Below are positions 26,671-36,805 of a stretch of DNA of 50,535 nt, one piece after another (position 1 is the stretch's first letter; each line of letters opens with the position of its first letter). This DNA comes from a virus. Its lineage: Duplodnaviria; Caudoviricetes. The stretch is from positions 1-50,535 of the IMG/VR virus record IMGVR_UViG_3300030098_005177. One strand, given 5' to 3'. The notes below the pieces were generated by a model. The model was not told the origin of the DNA and did not search any database. It saw only the letters and a list, made by a program, of their open reading frames with translations. The translations under genes and the position numbers were made by a program.

Positions 26671-28065
26671 TTAACCATCATATATTGTAGCTGGTAATGC
26701 TGTTGCTTTTATAATAAATGGAGCATATTCTGAAGTAGTATCTCCACCCCAATATAGTCTTAAATTTGAATTATGTGTAGATTTAGTTCCAACCCAAAAG
26801 GTATATGAACTCCCAGCAGTTAAGCTTTCTATTACCCATTTATTAATAATTCCTGTACTATCTGTTTCATCTGCGTGTGCTACTATATGTTCGTGCTGTA
26901 CATCTAGAGAAGCGTACCCAGTAGTAGCATTCGCAGTTGATAGTGAAAGGTATAATGGTCTTGCAGCACTTGAAACAACATCCATATAGCAACTTGCTTC
27001 TATTTCTACTTTACCACTTGGAGGTGCTGTAAAGGTTATCTTATGGTCATCACTTATTACAGCATATGCATTTGTAACTGCATAATATGTAGCATTAGCA
27101 TCAGCTCCAAGAGCAGTATATCCAAGTATCATACCTGCATATGCACTATTAGCAGCACTAAATTCAGTGCCTGCTTTTGCAGCTACAAAATTACCGCTAT
27201 GAGAATCTAACTTAATATCATCACCTGAATCTACAACAAAATGGCCTGTGGTTTCAATTTCAAAATTTCCAGCAGTTGTTTGCTTACTTCCATCAATATC
27301 TAAGATTCCTGCTATTGTAGTAGTAGAACCTGTCCCTGCCCCTATATTTACATCAACCTGGCCATCAGTTGCGTGCTCTCCCTCTATTACTAACCCGGCA
27401 GTAAGTTGTGATGAACTCCCATCACTCTCAGCCACATAAAAACTAAGCTTTCCAGCTTCATCAGTGTCATCTGCCTCAGAAACTTCTGCTAAAATTTTAG
27501 CAAAGCTAGTTTGTTCTTGAGCAGAATTATCGCCGTTAAAATATATAGCACCTAAATCATCACCATCGGCACCTGCAGCACCCTTATCTTTTACGAATTG
27601 CAGTATACCTGATGTTGCACCACTATGCGTATTTTTGATTGTAAAGAGAGGTTTTGATGCAGTACTTGAAGATAGTGTAGTATCTCCACTAATAGTGCCC
27701 CCAGTTAAAGGTAAGTGACTAACAAAATTTAGTTTACCTGAGCCATCAGTAGTAATAGATTGATTAGCAGATCCATCAGAAATTGGATAAGTCATACCTG
27801 ATACTTGTAAACTTTGAGATACTAAGGGAGTATTTTCACTTCCACCAAGAGCTAAAGTTTTCCAACCAGTTTTATCACGATATTGCAAACCTTTATCTGT
27901 AACACGCAAATCCCCTACTTTCCCTTCATACTCTTTCATACTATTTCGAGAACTATTAACAGACTGTGCAAGTTTATTTATTGTGTCATAAACATCCGTT
28001 AGAGCTCTATTTACATCAGAGTATTTAGTGGATATAGGTTTTTTATTTCCAAAAATAACACTCAT
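26671..28065 (-). CDS. Tail fiber / receptor-binding protein
   Basis: LPLTGGTISG fiber motif, Gly/Thr/Ser-rich body, C-terminal beta-sandwich-like tip. Confidence 0.7.
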   Translation of the reverse strand: MSVIFGNKKPISTKYSDVNRALTDVYDTINKLAQSVNSSRNSMKEYEGKVGDLRVTDKGLQYRDKTGWKTLALGGSENTPLVSQSLQVSGMTYPISDGSANQSITTDGSGKLNFVSHLPLTGGTISGDTTLSSSTASKPLFTIKNTHSGATSGILQFVKDKGAAGADGDDLGAIYFNGDNSAQEQTSFAKILAEVSEADDTDEAGKLSFYVAESDGSSSQLTAGLVIEGEHATDGQVDVNIGAGTGSTTTIAGILDIDGSKQTTAGNFEIETTGHFVVDSGDDIKLDSHSGNFVAAKAGTEFSAANSAYAGMILGYTALGADANATYYAVTNAYAVISDDHKITFTAPPSGKVEIEASCYMDVVSSAARPLYLSLSTANATTGYASLDVQHEHIVAHADETDSTGIINKWVIESLTAGSSYTFWVGTKSTHNSNLRLYWGGDTTSEYAPFIIKATALPATIYDG

Positions 28066-31000
28066 TATTTAGCTCTTTTACTAGTATATACAATCCCTAC
28101 TGTATCTACCTCAGTATCTCCATTAACTTCATTCAATTCTACTCTTACCATCTTAAAAGAGTTTTTGCCTTTTATCTTAGTTTCTTTTTGTATCACGCCT
28201 TTAGAGGATGTCTGAGCGTGCTTTAATTCTTCTGTTGTAACGCTTCGATCTAGAGCTATTACTACGCTAGAATCGCTAAGCTCTTTATCAGAATTAACCT
28301 TTAAGTTTCTAAATTTTTTACTTTGAGTAGCTCCAGTTAAGACTAAATCTTTACTATGCCAAGTCCAAGATTTATATAATTTATTTGATGGATCTAAGAA
28401 AGTATAAAATCCTCTATCAGTTGCTAAATTAATAGATCCATTTTTACCAATATAGGATCCAAGAACTTTTCCTGGCGATTCTAACAAGTCCCATCTTTGC
28501 CTTAAAATATTATAGGCCCAACAAAAATCTTTAGGCGTATTCCCCAAAAAAGTGCTAAAAAATATAAGAAAGCTTTTACGAGTTTGATCAAAGCTTACAT
28601 TAATAAATCTTTTATTATGGTCTTGCCAGCCTAAAGGTATAGGATTAGCCCTGTTAGAATCATCTTCTATTGAGCTCATAGATCGAGTAGAAATAGAGCG
28701 ACTTATAACTTGAGGACCAGAATCATTAATTAAGTATATATTGTTATTATCCGCATAACATAAACCGTATTCTGTAGATATTATAGAATTTTTATTCACA
28801 CATCCTGCACCTAAATATACATCCTCTAATTCTAGTGTAGCTATATTGATTAAAAATGTTTTAGCATCAGAGAACGCATATAATCTACCATTATGCGATT
28901 CCATAGCAGTTATTTTATCTGGAACCCTTACATTATCTACAGGCCAATTAAATTGACTAAATCTTCCATTAGGCATTGACCTAAATATATAATGCGAAAA
29001 ATCACCCTTAGAATAAGGAATATCAGCATCACTAACAAATAGATATGAATCAGATACTGTAGATAGCCCATAATTTATATATGTATGAGGTAAAGTTTCC
29101 GATATTCCAGTAACTGAAGAATAACTGGGAGTTGCCCTCCTAAGATCTTTAACTAAATATTGATATCTGTTGTCATCTATAGATGTAAATTGTGTAATTG
29201 GACGTAAAGTTTTTGAATCTACTAATTGATAAAAAGTATCGCCAGTCCCATCTGATTTTGTATAACGCCGATAGATATTAATATGCGTGATTCTCTTATT
29301 AAATGTTTGTGGATTAAACTTAACAGTAACATTATATCCCGCTCTATCTGTTGATTCTTCAGAATCATCTTGTTTCCATACACATAGAGGAGTTTCTTGG
29401 AATCCATCATAAGTAAAAGTCATCTTATAGCTAACTGTATAGGGAGCTATAAATACTTTATCTGCCCCAGATGTAGAGGCAATAGCAGATATAGATATCG
29501 TTAATAACTCTCCATCAGTATCTGAAGATGTATAATGCTGAAGATCAGCTAATGTTAATACCCCTCCTGAATGCTCTGTAGTACCACCACCTATAAGTCC
29601 AGTATAAATTTTATTAAACTCAGTTTGATAGATGTAGCGCAAATCTTCTCTATAATATTCTGTGAATGTTGGCGTAGTATCATCAATATTTACCGGGACA
29701 GGCTCTAATTCAATTTGATTTTCATAAGCCTGACTAGGCAAAAATAAATCAGATAAAAGCGCTGATCCCTCAACAGCAGTTAATCCATTAGATGGTAAGA
29801 AGCTATAGCTAAATGGCCTATAATTTGGGCGATTGTCCACAAATTCAGTAAATCCAGCACTTTGCGAAGTAAAAAAGCTATAATCGGCTGGTTTATACAA
29901 TAATGATCCATCAACTGAGCCAGGTGTGCCGTCAGGGTATCCTACAAAACCCCAAAAGGGTGAACCAGTATTAATACCTCCATTGTCATAGTAAGCATTG
30001 AACCAAATCCAATCGTTTCCTATATTATTTGAATTTAATACAGTTTGTTGAATACCCCCTCCAGCTACATCACTACCCATTAAATCATCAGATCCAGAGC
30101 CACCAGAACTTGTTATCGGAAGAAGCACATCACTAGGCTTATATAAATCACAAATATTATCAGCATCATTAAGTCTTTTTGCTAGATATGGATTATTAGA
30201 TAAATGAACAGTACTTATATCGTCATTAATCTCAATATAATATGCATCAGTTTCGTTAATATTTTTTGCACCAGTACATAAACCTCCATTAGGAATATCT
30301 ACCAATCCATCTGTAGCGTCTAAAGATAATATGCTTTGATTAGATACTTTAAAACCGCTTAAATAAATATCAACACAAGTAGTGTCATAAAGACGGTCAT
30401 TATAACGATTTTGTGCTATACTGTCTCCTTCAGTATCCATACCTGATTCAAAGATTTCAGGCTTCTTAGTGCCCATCCTATAAATCATTTGCCCATATTT
30501 ATAAATATTAGTATCTTCTGGAGATATTCCAATATTAATTCTAAAACCATCATCTGCATTATCATCTGTAATTATTTGTATAGCTTTTCTAGGGTAGTTA
30601 ACTCCTTTTTCTATATCCCCAACAAATAATCGGTCTACATAAGGTAGTATAGCCTCTGAAGTAATGTGTGCTTGCTGAAAAGAATCTTCAACAGTATAAC
30701 CTATTCCACCACCACCACTTAAAAGTGGTTCCAAATTATTAATCCAGAAATGATTTGAAAAAGGTGTATTATCTCCATCAGTTGTGCCACTTAAGTCTGT
30801 GATTGTAGTAGGCCCAATTGCCAGACTGGGCCCTGAATGACTACCGCTTGTAAAAGCTCCAGATGTAGAGAAAGTCGATACAAATGAAAATATTCCTCCT
30901 CCTGAGTCTACAAAAGATGGCATCCCAGTATCTGGCTCAATAAAGTTGAGTGTGAATAAATGAGGGTCATAAGTATTGATAGCGTTTTGAATAGAGTCTG

Positions 31001-32282
31001 TCGATTCGCCTATAGCATTATGCCACCTTCCAGTTGCCTCTGCTGCTATCATCTGCCCTATATTAGCACCTCCAGGAGCTTTTATGCGAAAATCCTTTAA
31101 CATACGCACAACGCCGGAATTATTATCGTATTCAATTTCTCCAGCTAATTGTACTACAAATGGGACCGCATCATTATCGTCTCCATATGCCTCTCCATCA
31201 AAAAAGCCTGGGAATAATGGAGAGTTTCTATCACTATTACCGTACGGAAATGCTAAATACTCAATTGGAGCAAAATGAGCTTTTATAGTATTGCCAAATT
31301 GAAGTGTCTCTAAAGAAGATCCATCATTCGCTATATTCATATTTGCTTTAAATATAGCACACTCATTCCATCCAAAAGCTCCCCCATCAGATTTAGAAAA
31401 TTGGAATAATAATTCATTAGATGGGAGTTGAATAATTTGCTCTATATGGAATGGAGTATCAGAAAGGCTTCCTGTAATATTCGGATTTGTTGCATTCCAG
31501 TAACCATCGTGCTGTTGATCCCAATTATCCCAGGGGAAACCACCTTGATGATTGAAAGTATATCCTCCGCCATAATAATCACCCATAAAATGGCTACCAA
31601 ATCGACTCTTATAAATTTCCTCAGAAAGAACGGTGTTAGTTTGTCCAGCATCATCACCTAAATCAAGATCTGGAGATTCTATATTGTGATTGCCAAAACA
31701 ATTATATCCATTTCTATAGTAAGCTTCCTCAGTTGTATTATTATAAGAATAATGGCCCCATACACCTTTATAGGAACTTAAATCATCATTATTAAATGAA
31801 TCAAATTCTATAGCTTCTGGGCCAACAAAAAGTAATTCAGACATCGAAATAAAAGTGGAGTCAAAGGGTAATAAAGATAAATCAGAATATGAAAAGCCAA
31901 TACCATTAGGCGACTTATCATAAATCATAACATATGTTACTCCATTTGCTGCGGAATAAAATCCTAAAGTATGAAGATCAATAGCTCCCGTTATATAATT
32001 ATAAGATATTGTTCCAGCATTGTCATATCTTATTAATTTATCTTCCAATATGCCATAAGAAACCCCATTAAATACTTGGGCATCAATAGGACTATTCCAC
32101 CATACTCCTCCACCCTCTGGTCTAGACAATATATCTGGAACAGGATTATTAGCAGCAGTACCAAGCAGAACCTTGCTATCTGTCATAATATCATCTACCT
32201 CACCTATAAATGAAGGTTTAGTATTTGGTCCATTACCTATATGTAACTTATTATTACTTTTATTTATAGTTTTTCCACTCAC
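28065..32282 (-). CDS. Tail nozzle / tail tubular protein B-like (main part)
   Basis: 1405 aa; C-terminal propeller-type motifs GRLYAFS, GAGCVNKNSII, WTWHSKDL, KKFRNLKV; GTG start with only a weak SD. Confidence 0.65.
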   Translation of the reverse strand: MSGKTINKSNNKLHIGNGPNTKPSFIGEVDDIMTDSKVLLGTAANNPVPDILSRPEGGGVWWNSPIDAQVFNGVSYGILEDKLIRYDNAGTISYNYITGAIDLHTLGFYSAANGVTYVMIYDKSPNGIGFSYSDLSLLPFDSTFISMSELLFVGPEAIEFDSFNNDDLSSYKGVWGHYSYNNTTEEAYYRNGYNCFGNHNIESPDLDLGDDAGQTNTVLSEEIYKSRFGSHFMGDYYGGGYTFNHQGGFPWDNWDQQHDGYWNATNPNITGSLSDTPFHIEQIIQLPSNELLFQFSKSDGGAFGWNECAIFKANMNIANDGSSLETLQFGNTIKAHFAPIEYLAFPYGNSDRNSPLFPGFFDGEAYGDDNDAVPFVVQLAGEIEYDNNSGVVRMLKDFRIKAPGGANIGQMIAAEATGRWHNAIGESTDSIQNAINTYDPHLFTLNFIEPDTGMPSFVDSGGGIFSFVSTFSTSGAFTSGSHSGPSLAIGPTTITDLSGTTDGDNTPFSNHFWINNLEPLLSGGGGIGYTVEDSFQQAHITSEAILPYVDRLFVGDIEKGVNYPRKAIQIITDDNADDGFRINIGISPEDTNIYKYGQMIYRMGTKKPEIFESGMDTEGDSIAQNRYNDRLYDTTCVDIYLSGFKVSNQSILSLDATDGLVDIPNGGLCTGAKNINETDAYYIEINDDISTVHLSNNPYLAKRLNDADNICDLYKPSDVLLPITSSGGSGSDDLMGSDVAGGGIQQTVLNSNNIGNDWIWFNAYYDNGGINTGSPFWGFVGYPDGTPGSVDGSLLYKPADYSFFTSQSAGFTEFVDNRPNYRPFSYSFLPSNGLTAVEGSALLSDLFLPSQAYENQIELEPVPVNIDDTTPTFTEYYREDLRYIYQTEFNKIYTGLIGGGTTEHSGGVLTLADLQHYTSSDTDGELLTISISAIASTSGADKVFIAPYTVSYKMTFTYDGFQETPLCVWKQDDSEESTDRAGYNVTVKFNPQTFNKRITHINIYRRYTKSDGTGDTFYQLVDSKTLRPITQFTSIDDNRYQYLVKDLRRATPSYSSVTGISETLPHTYINYGLSTVSDSYLFVSDADIPYSKGDFSHYIFRSMPNGRFSQFNWPVDNVRVPDKITAMESHNGRLYAFSDAKTFLINIATLELEDVYLGAGCVNKNSIISTEYGLCYADNNNIYLINDSGPQVISRSISTRSMSSIEDDSNRANPIPLGWQDHNKRFINVSFDQTRKSFLIFFSTFLGNTPKDFCWAYNILRQRWDLLESPGKVLGSYIGKNGSINLATDRGFYTFLDPSNKLYKSWTWHSKDLVLTGATQSKKFRNLKVNSDKELSDSSVVIALDRSVTTEELKHAQTSSKGVIQKETKIKGKNSFKMVRVELNEVNGDTEVDTVGIVYTSKRAK

Positions 32283-32306
32283 TAAATTATATCCAATATT
32301 TTATAA

Positions 32307-32612
32307 TTAATTTTCCACCCTCCAGCCAACACTTGAGAAGGCTACTAGCTTAGGACTTCCATCAACCAGTATATAATCTATATCTCCATTTTCTCCAGTA
32401 TCTATTGGATTAAATCCAATTATAACATTATGTCCACCTTGATAGCTAGGCGTTTTAGGTAAATCTTTAGGCACACCTTTTAACTTTCCATCTTCAGTAA
32501 CACTATCAAGATTTAAGGAGTATGAAGCTGCTTCAATTGGTATATCTCCTGAATCAGCATTCATAATTGTTCCAATATGAAAGGTTTTAATTTCTTGTAA
32601 TTGCTTAGGCAT
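32307..32612 (-). CDS. Probable N-terminal segment of the tail nozzle protein (separate in-frame ORF)
   Basis: MPKQLQEIKTFHIG...DIP.EAA...N.D pattern recalls nozzle N-termini; same frame as 28065..32282, separated by TAA TTA TAA. Confidence 0.55.
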   Translation of the reverse strand: MPKQLQEIKTFHIGTIMNADSGDIPIEAASYSLNLDSVTEDGKLKGVPKDLPKTPSYQGGHNVIIGFNPIDTGENGDIDYILVDGSPKLVAFSSVGWRVEN

Positions 32613-34039
32613 TAAGTTGCCTCAATAGAAATAGCTGAAGTATAATTAGCGTTATCTACAGCGACTAATCTTAACTTACCTTTTCTACCTGTTAATCCAT
32701 ATTGAGCAGAGAAACTTAAAGCACGTGCATACACACTAAGCACGCAATTAGTAGCTTCACTATCGTCTGTAGGTGTAGCTGTGCTTAAGTTGCCTCCAGC
32801 TACAGATCCGTGTAGCCAAGAAAGTTTTACAGAAGAATTAGCTGGTGCTCCAGTTATATATATACTACACTTAGCTCCAGTTCCAGAGCCAGGGATAGCA
32901 TAAGTTATCCACCCAGAACCACCATTGGCTCGTGATAACATTTCTTCTCCATTATCCCACATTACATCATTATCATTTTGTGTTGCAACTGCTACTGCAG
33001 TAGTTGCTATTTGTCCATTAGCAAGTATACCTGCATCTCTAAAGTCAGTTCCGCTTGTAGGCGCTGTTATTGCTATAGCAGAAGATGTTGAGTTTCTACT
33101 GCGTGATGTAAATCTTAAATTGCCATCTACAAGAGCAACATCAGCTTGCAATTCGTGTGCATCTATTTCATCTTGAATTTTTTTTAAAATTCCATTACCA
33201 GCAGTAGGGCTTCCCCAGGTAACATCGCTAGTATGCGTTGTAAATGCTAAGTCAGTAGCTCCGCCTCCATCTACATTTAGTTTGAAAGCATATGCTGTAT
33301 TTGTAGAGAGGCCAGGCAAGGATGTAGATGTTTGTGGTTTATATCCATTACCAGTAAGGTTAAACTCTTGATAGGCTGGGTTATAAAAATGAACACGCAC
33401 TGTACCTGGTATAATACCATCTGTTGCTACGTATGTTCCTGCACTACCGCCACCACCTGAATCATTATCATAATTTGCTTTACCGTGTAACCCGCTAACA
33501 TATAAGTCCCCATTCGCATTAGTTACACCAGCTGTACTTAAGCCTGTTTTCTTTACAGTCCCGTCAGACGATACATATGTTCCAGTAGAAGCAGTTAACC
33601 TTAAAGAAGCTTGGGATGTAGCACGCGTGTTATTTACATAATTTAAAGCATATGGAGCTGTTGCCGTACCAGATGTAGACACTATTCTAGGGCTAGGTAT
33701 ACTTAAGTATCCTTTTGCTGGGATAAAAAATACTGGATAAGCATACAATTCAGCGTGTGTTAGTGCATCTGCATCATCCACTAATGCTGTCTTTAAAGCA
33801 ATTTCAATAGGTCCATCCCCAGAGTTGTAAGCAACTAATTGTTTGAAATCAGAAAGTGAATTACTAGACGGCTCAGTTGTTATTCCACCTGATGTGTCAA
33901 TAGCTAATACCTCTTGGAAATCTCCAGCAGATACTTCAAACTCTCTATCTATCGTTGCATTTGCGTCTTTTGAATAAGTAGCAGATATACTATTGCCCGA
34001 AGGTGTTGATATCCTTAAACTTGAACTAATTTTTGCCAT
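32612..34039 (-). CDS. Virion structural protein
   Basis: 475 aa Ser/Thr/Gly/Ala-rich beta protein in the tail cluster. Confidence 0.6.
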   Translation of the reverse strand: MAKISSSLRISTPSGNSISATYSKDANATIDREFEVSAGDFQEVLAIDTSGGITTEPSSNSLSDFKQLVAYNSGDGPIEIALKTALVDDADALTHAELYAYPVFFIPAKGYLSIPSPRIVSTSGTATAPYALNYVNNTRATSQASLRLTASTGTYVSSDGTVKKTGLSTAGVTNANGDLYVSGLHGKANYDNDSGGGGSAGTYVATDGIIPGTVRVHFYNPAYQEFNLTGNGYKPQTSTSLPGLSTNTAYAFKLNVDGGGATDLAFTTHTSDVTWGSPTAGNGILKKIQDEIDAHELQADVALVDGNLRFTSRSRNSTSSAIAITAPTSGTDFRDAGILANGQIATTAVAVATQNDNDVMWDNGEEMLSRANGGSGWITYAIPGSGTGAKCSIYITGAPANSSVKLSWLHGSVAGGNLSTATPTDDSEATNCVLSVYARALSFSAQYGLTGRKGKLRLVAVDNANYTSAISIEAT

Positions 34040-34298
34040 TATATTTTCCTTTTAATAAATCTGTTATAATTTCGACCAAAGCATTGTACTTCGCTTTTAT
34101 CCCACGCAGTTCTATCTGCATTTTCTTTTGCTGGTCGATTAGCTTAATTATAATCCCTTCCAGCCTATTAAATTTTGAATGTATATCCTTCGTAAGATCA
34201 TCTTGGATATATTTATTTTGCTTCCATATGAAGAATCCAAAGGCCATAGCTACAGCTACAGGAATCCCGAACTTTTCTATTATTTCTATTGGATTCAC
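34026..34298 (-). CDS. Holin-like single-TM protein with coiled coil
   Basis: FGIPVAVAMAFGFFIW TM segment followed by a coiled coil. Confidence 0.55.
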   Translation of the reverse strand: MNPIEIIEKFGIPVAVAMAFGFFIWKQNKYIQDDLTKDIHSKFNRLEGIIIKLIDQQKKMQIELRGIKAKYNALVEIITDLLKGKYNGKN

Positions 34299-34624
34299 TA
34301 ATTAAAATCAACCTTATCTTTCCATCCCCAGGCATTAGGATCTGTCCAAACTCCATATGCTGGGGATAATAATGCTTCTGTTTCTACTCGAGACCTAAGG
34401 AGATGCAAATAATCACAGGATTGACACTCCCAGAATAATGGCTTGTCTCCAGCTCCTAATACCTCTAATGGCTCTATTTTCTTACTATTACAGCTTTTAC
34501 AAGTTCTAGGGCTATGTTTGTAATATGCATCTCCAATAACACCTATCGCATCTAATATACTATCACGCACTTCATCAATAAAAAGATCGTCTAGCATTAT
34601 AAGTCGATCAGCTTGATCAGACAT
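34298..34624 (-). CDS. Zinc-ribbon protein
   Basis: CKSC...WECQSC. Confidence 0.65.
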   Translation of the reverse strand: MSDQADRLIMLDDLFIDEVRDSILDAIGVIGDAYYKHSPRTCKSCNSKKIEPLEVLGAGDKPLFWECQSCDYLHLLRSRVETEALLSPAYGVWTDPNAWGWKDKVDFN

Positions 34625-34772
34625 TCAGTTTCTTTTTGACTGTTGCCCAAATCTTGTCATCAAGCTTGTTCTTAGAACTAGCTACTAGGTAATCACCTAT
34701 AATGCCAAGCAAAGCTTTTAGTACTTTTTCAGTGAGGATATTTTTCATTACCCACGCTAATACTGGTGCCAT
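34617..34772 (-). CDS. Small amphipathic protein (51 aa, MAPVLAWVMK...; below ORF-track cutoff)
   Basis: AGGAG SD; SKNKLDDK motif; overlaps the downstream gene. Confidence 0.65.
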   Translation of the reverse strand: MAPVLAWVMKNILTEKVLKALLGIIGDYLVASSKNKLDDKIWATVKKKLNV

Positions 34773-34781
34773 ACTGTTCTC

Positions 34782-34931
34782 CTACGTTTTGATTTCTTTA
34801 TATATCTTTACTACTAAGTATATAATAGTGACTATTCCGACAGCAACAGAAATTAAATCAGGTAATATACCTAATCCAACTATTGCAGATGAACCTAAGC
34901 CTGTTAAAGCTGTTCTGGTAGTATCGTCCAT
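34782..34931 (-). CDS. Small holin-like membrane protein (49 aa, MDDTTRTALT...)
   Basis: TAATG overlap with the upstream gene; hydrophobic segment then basic C-terminus. Confidence 0.6.
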   Translation of the reverse strand: MDDTTRTALTGLGSSAIVGLGILPDLISVAVGIVTIIYLVVKIYKEIKT

Positions 34932-35308
34932 TAAAAATCCACCGGTTTAATTGTTCCAGTTGAAGTGTAATTATTTTGGCCTTCTTTTCTGGCCCTAGCA
35001 ACTCCTTTTTCAAATTCTACATCAAAATATTGAGCTGCTTGTATATCAAGATTTCGAGGATCTTTATAACCCTCAGCAATCACCTTAGATACAATATATT
35101 TATGAAATATTGCTGGTAGAGAAGATGAATCAATAAAATCTCCATCCATATCTACAGGTCTTCCAGTATAGTGAACTTTTACTGTTCCACTCGCACTAGG
35201 GGAGATATAATGTGATGTCACGCCATTTACAGTTACTCCACTGTCACTCTTCTCAACAATAGCGATTTCGTCATTCTTTATATAATAATATCTATCAATA
35301 GTAGCCAT
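34931..35308 (-). CDS. Head-tail adaptor-like protein (C-terminal-type part)
   Basis: LPAIFHKYIV...A.GY pattern of podovirus adaptor proteins. Confidence 0.55.
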   Translation of the reverse strand: MATIDRYYYIKNDEIAIVEKSDSGVTVNGVTSHYISPSASGTVKVHYTGRPVDMDGDFIDSSSLPAIFHKYIVSKVIAEGYKDPRNLDIQAAQYFDVEFEKGVARARKEGQNNYTSTGTIKPVDF

Positions 35309-35578
35309 CTATTCTCCTGTAGTATCATCTATTACAGGTCCATCAATTAATCTGGATATTTTTAAATCATCAAAATAAACCTCTTTAATTGTAGAGACCT
35401 TAGCATCTAAACTGTAATATCTTTGGTCAGCGTTTACACTAATACTTAAAACGGAATTTGTTAATTTAGCACGCTCTGCTAATTCAGCCTGAGCATCATT
35501 CACTAACTGACGTATTTCTTTCTCACCAAGATGAGGATGATGCTGTTTAATTCTATCTATCATTTCTTGATACTTCAA
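35309..35578 (-). CDS. Head-tail adaptor-like protein (N-terminal-type part)
   Basis: EIRQLVNDAQAELA...QRYYSL pattern; TTG start with GAGG SD. Confidence 0.55.
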   Translation of the reverse strand: MKYQEMIDRIKQHHPHLGEKEIRQLVNDAQAELAERAKLTNSVLSISVNADQRYYSLDAKVSTIKEVYFDDLKISRLIDGPVIDDTTGE

Positions 35579-36337
35579 TTATACCTCCACTGCTTCATCA
35601 GGCTTAACCCCAAGTCTAGCCATTTCTTGAGTAAGTTTATTTTGTAAATATCCTATTTGTGCATTTACTAAATTTACGATTTCTGAATCTTCGTCTTCTT
35701 GTACAGCCTCACTAATATAAGCTGTTAAATAATTTAAAGACGCTAGTAATGTTAAAGCTTCATTAGCTTCAACTGGCAGGCCATTGATAATTATTGCATA
35801 CAATCCCTTCCCTTGAGAAATATCTGCAGAAATATACCCTACTTCACCAGACAGTAGAGCAGTAGCGTCGCTTTCGTTATACGCCGCATCAAACGCATAC
35901 AGCCTTGCGTAATGTGAACTAGTTGGAACAGGCAGTATATAAAAACTATTTGATTCATCAATTGTACATATCGGGTCCATAGGACTTGCTGCATAAATAC
36001 TATTGCTATCTGATGCACTAAACCATTCGTCTAAATCTACCATTTTACATAGTTTATTTTGCGTGGTAGCACTAACCACATTAGCTCTATAGGCTCTAAT
36101 AAATATTTTACCAGCCATATCAACAGGAGCCTCACTAGTTATTTCAAATTTATTTCCATTAGCTACAGAATAATTACCACGCGCATATAGTAGCTCTGGA
36201 GGGAGTATAGTAATAATTTCTCTAAGAGTATTATCGAACACGTCAGCTAAGCCGTTCTCGTTATAATCTGATACAACGTCTCCTATATAATCTTCTATAC
36301 GGGCTTTAAACGTAGCATTTGGAGTATATTGAGCCAT
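35579..36337 (-). CDS. Putative head-tail connector / adaptor protein
   Basis: YILPVPT motif; position after the head genes. Confidence 0.5.
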   Translation of the reverse strand: MAQYTPNATFKARIEDYIGDVVSDYNENGLADVFDNTLREIITILPPELLYARGNYSVANGNKFEITSEAPVDMAGKIFIRAYRANVVSATTQNKLCKMVDLDEWFSASDSNSIYAASPMDPICTIDESNSFYILPVPTSSHYARLYAFDAAYNESDATALLSGEVGYISADISQGKGLYAIIINGLPVEANEALTLLASLNYLTAYISEAVQEDEDSEIVNLVNAQIGYLQNKLTQEMARLGVKPDEAVEV

Positions 36338-36453
36338 TATTTTTTACCCTTTTTCTTGTTATCAGTATTATGCTTTCTCCTGGTATCATCTTTAGTTTGA
36401 CCGTGCCAGGGATTACCAATACTATTACTATATACTATTCTCTTTTTACTCAC
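36337..36453 (-). CDS. Small basic protein (38 aa, MSKKRIVYSNSIGNPWHG...)
   Basis: GTG start overlapping the upstream stop and TAATG overlap downstream; fills the gap exactly. Confidence 0.55.
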   Translation of the reverse strand: MSKKRIVYSNSIGNPWHGQTKDDTRRKHNTDNKKKGKK

Positions 36454-36805
36454 CTGTAAATGTTCCACTTGCAATTAAAGTCTTTGCTTCAGCTTTAGTT
36501 AATACGCTATTACTAGGATAACTCTTTGAGGCCCCTAAAGCTACAATAGCAGTCATTTCCCCTTTAAGTAAAGAGAACGCACCTTTAACTATAATATAGG
36601 CTCCATCGTGAGATTCACGTGGTATCCCTAACTTTCCATCAAATGCTGCTTCTTTCCAGGTTGGCGAAGTATCAACTGAAGTGCTAGCGACCTCACCATC
36701 AGAATCATAAGTATATTTAGTAACTTTTAATTGATCGCTTAAAGCACTTGGTATAGCACTTTCATAAGTTGCTTTATCTAAGCATATATACATTTCGTAA
36801 GCCAT
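36446..36805 (-). CDS. Hypothetical virion-associated / fiber accessory protein
   Basis: 119 aa, TAATG-coupled to the LamG protein. Confidence 0.55.
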   Translation of the reverse strand: MAYEMYICLDKATYESAIPSALSDQLKVTKYTYDSDGEVASTSVDTSPTWKEAAFDGKLGIPRESHDGAYIIVKGAFSLLKGEMTAIVALGASKSYPSNSVLTKAEAKTLIASGTFTGE

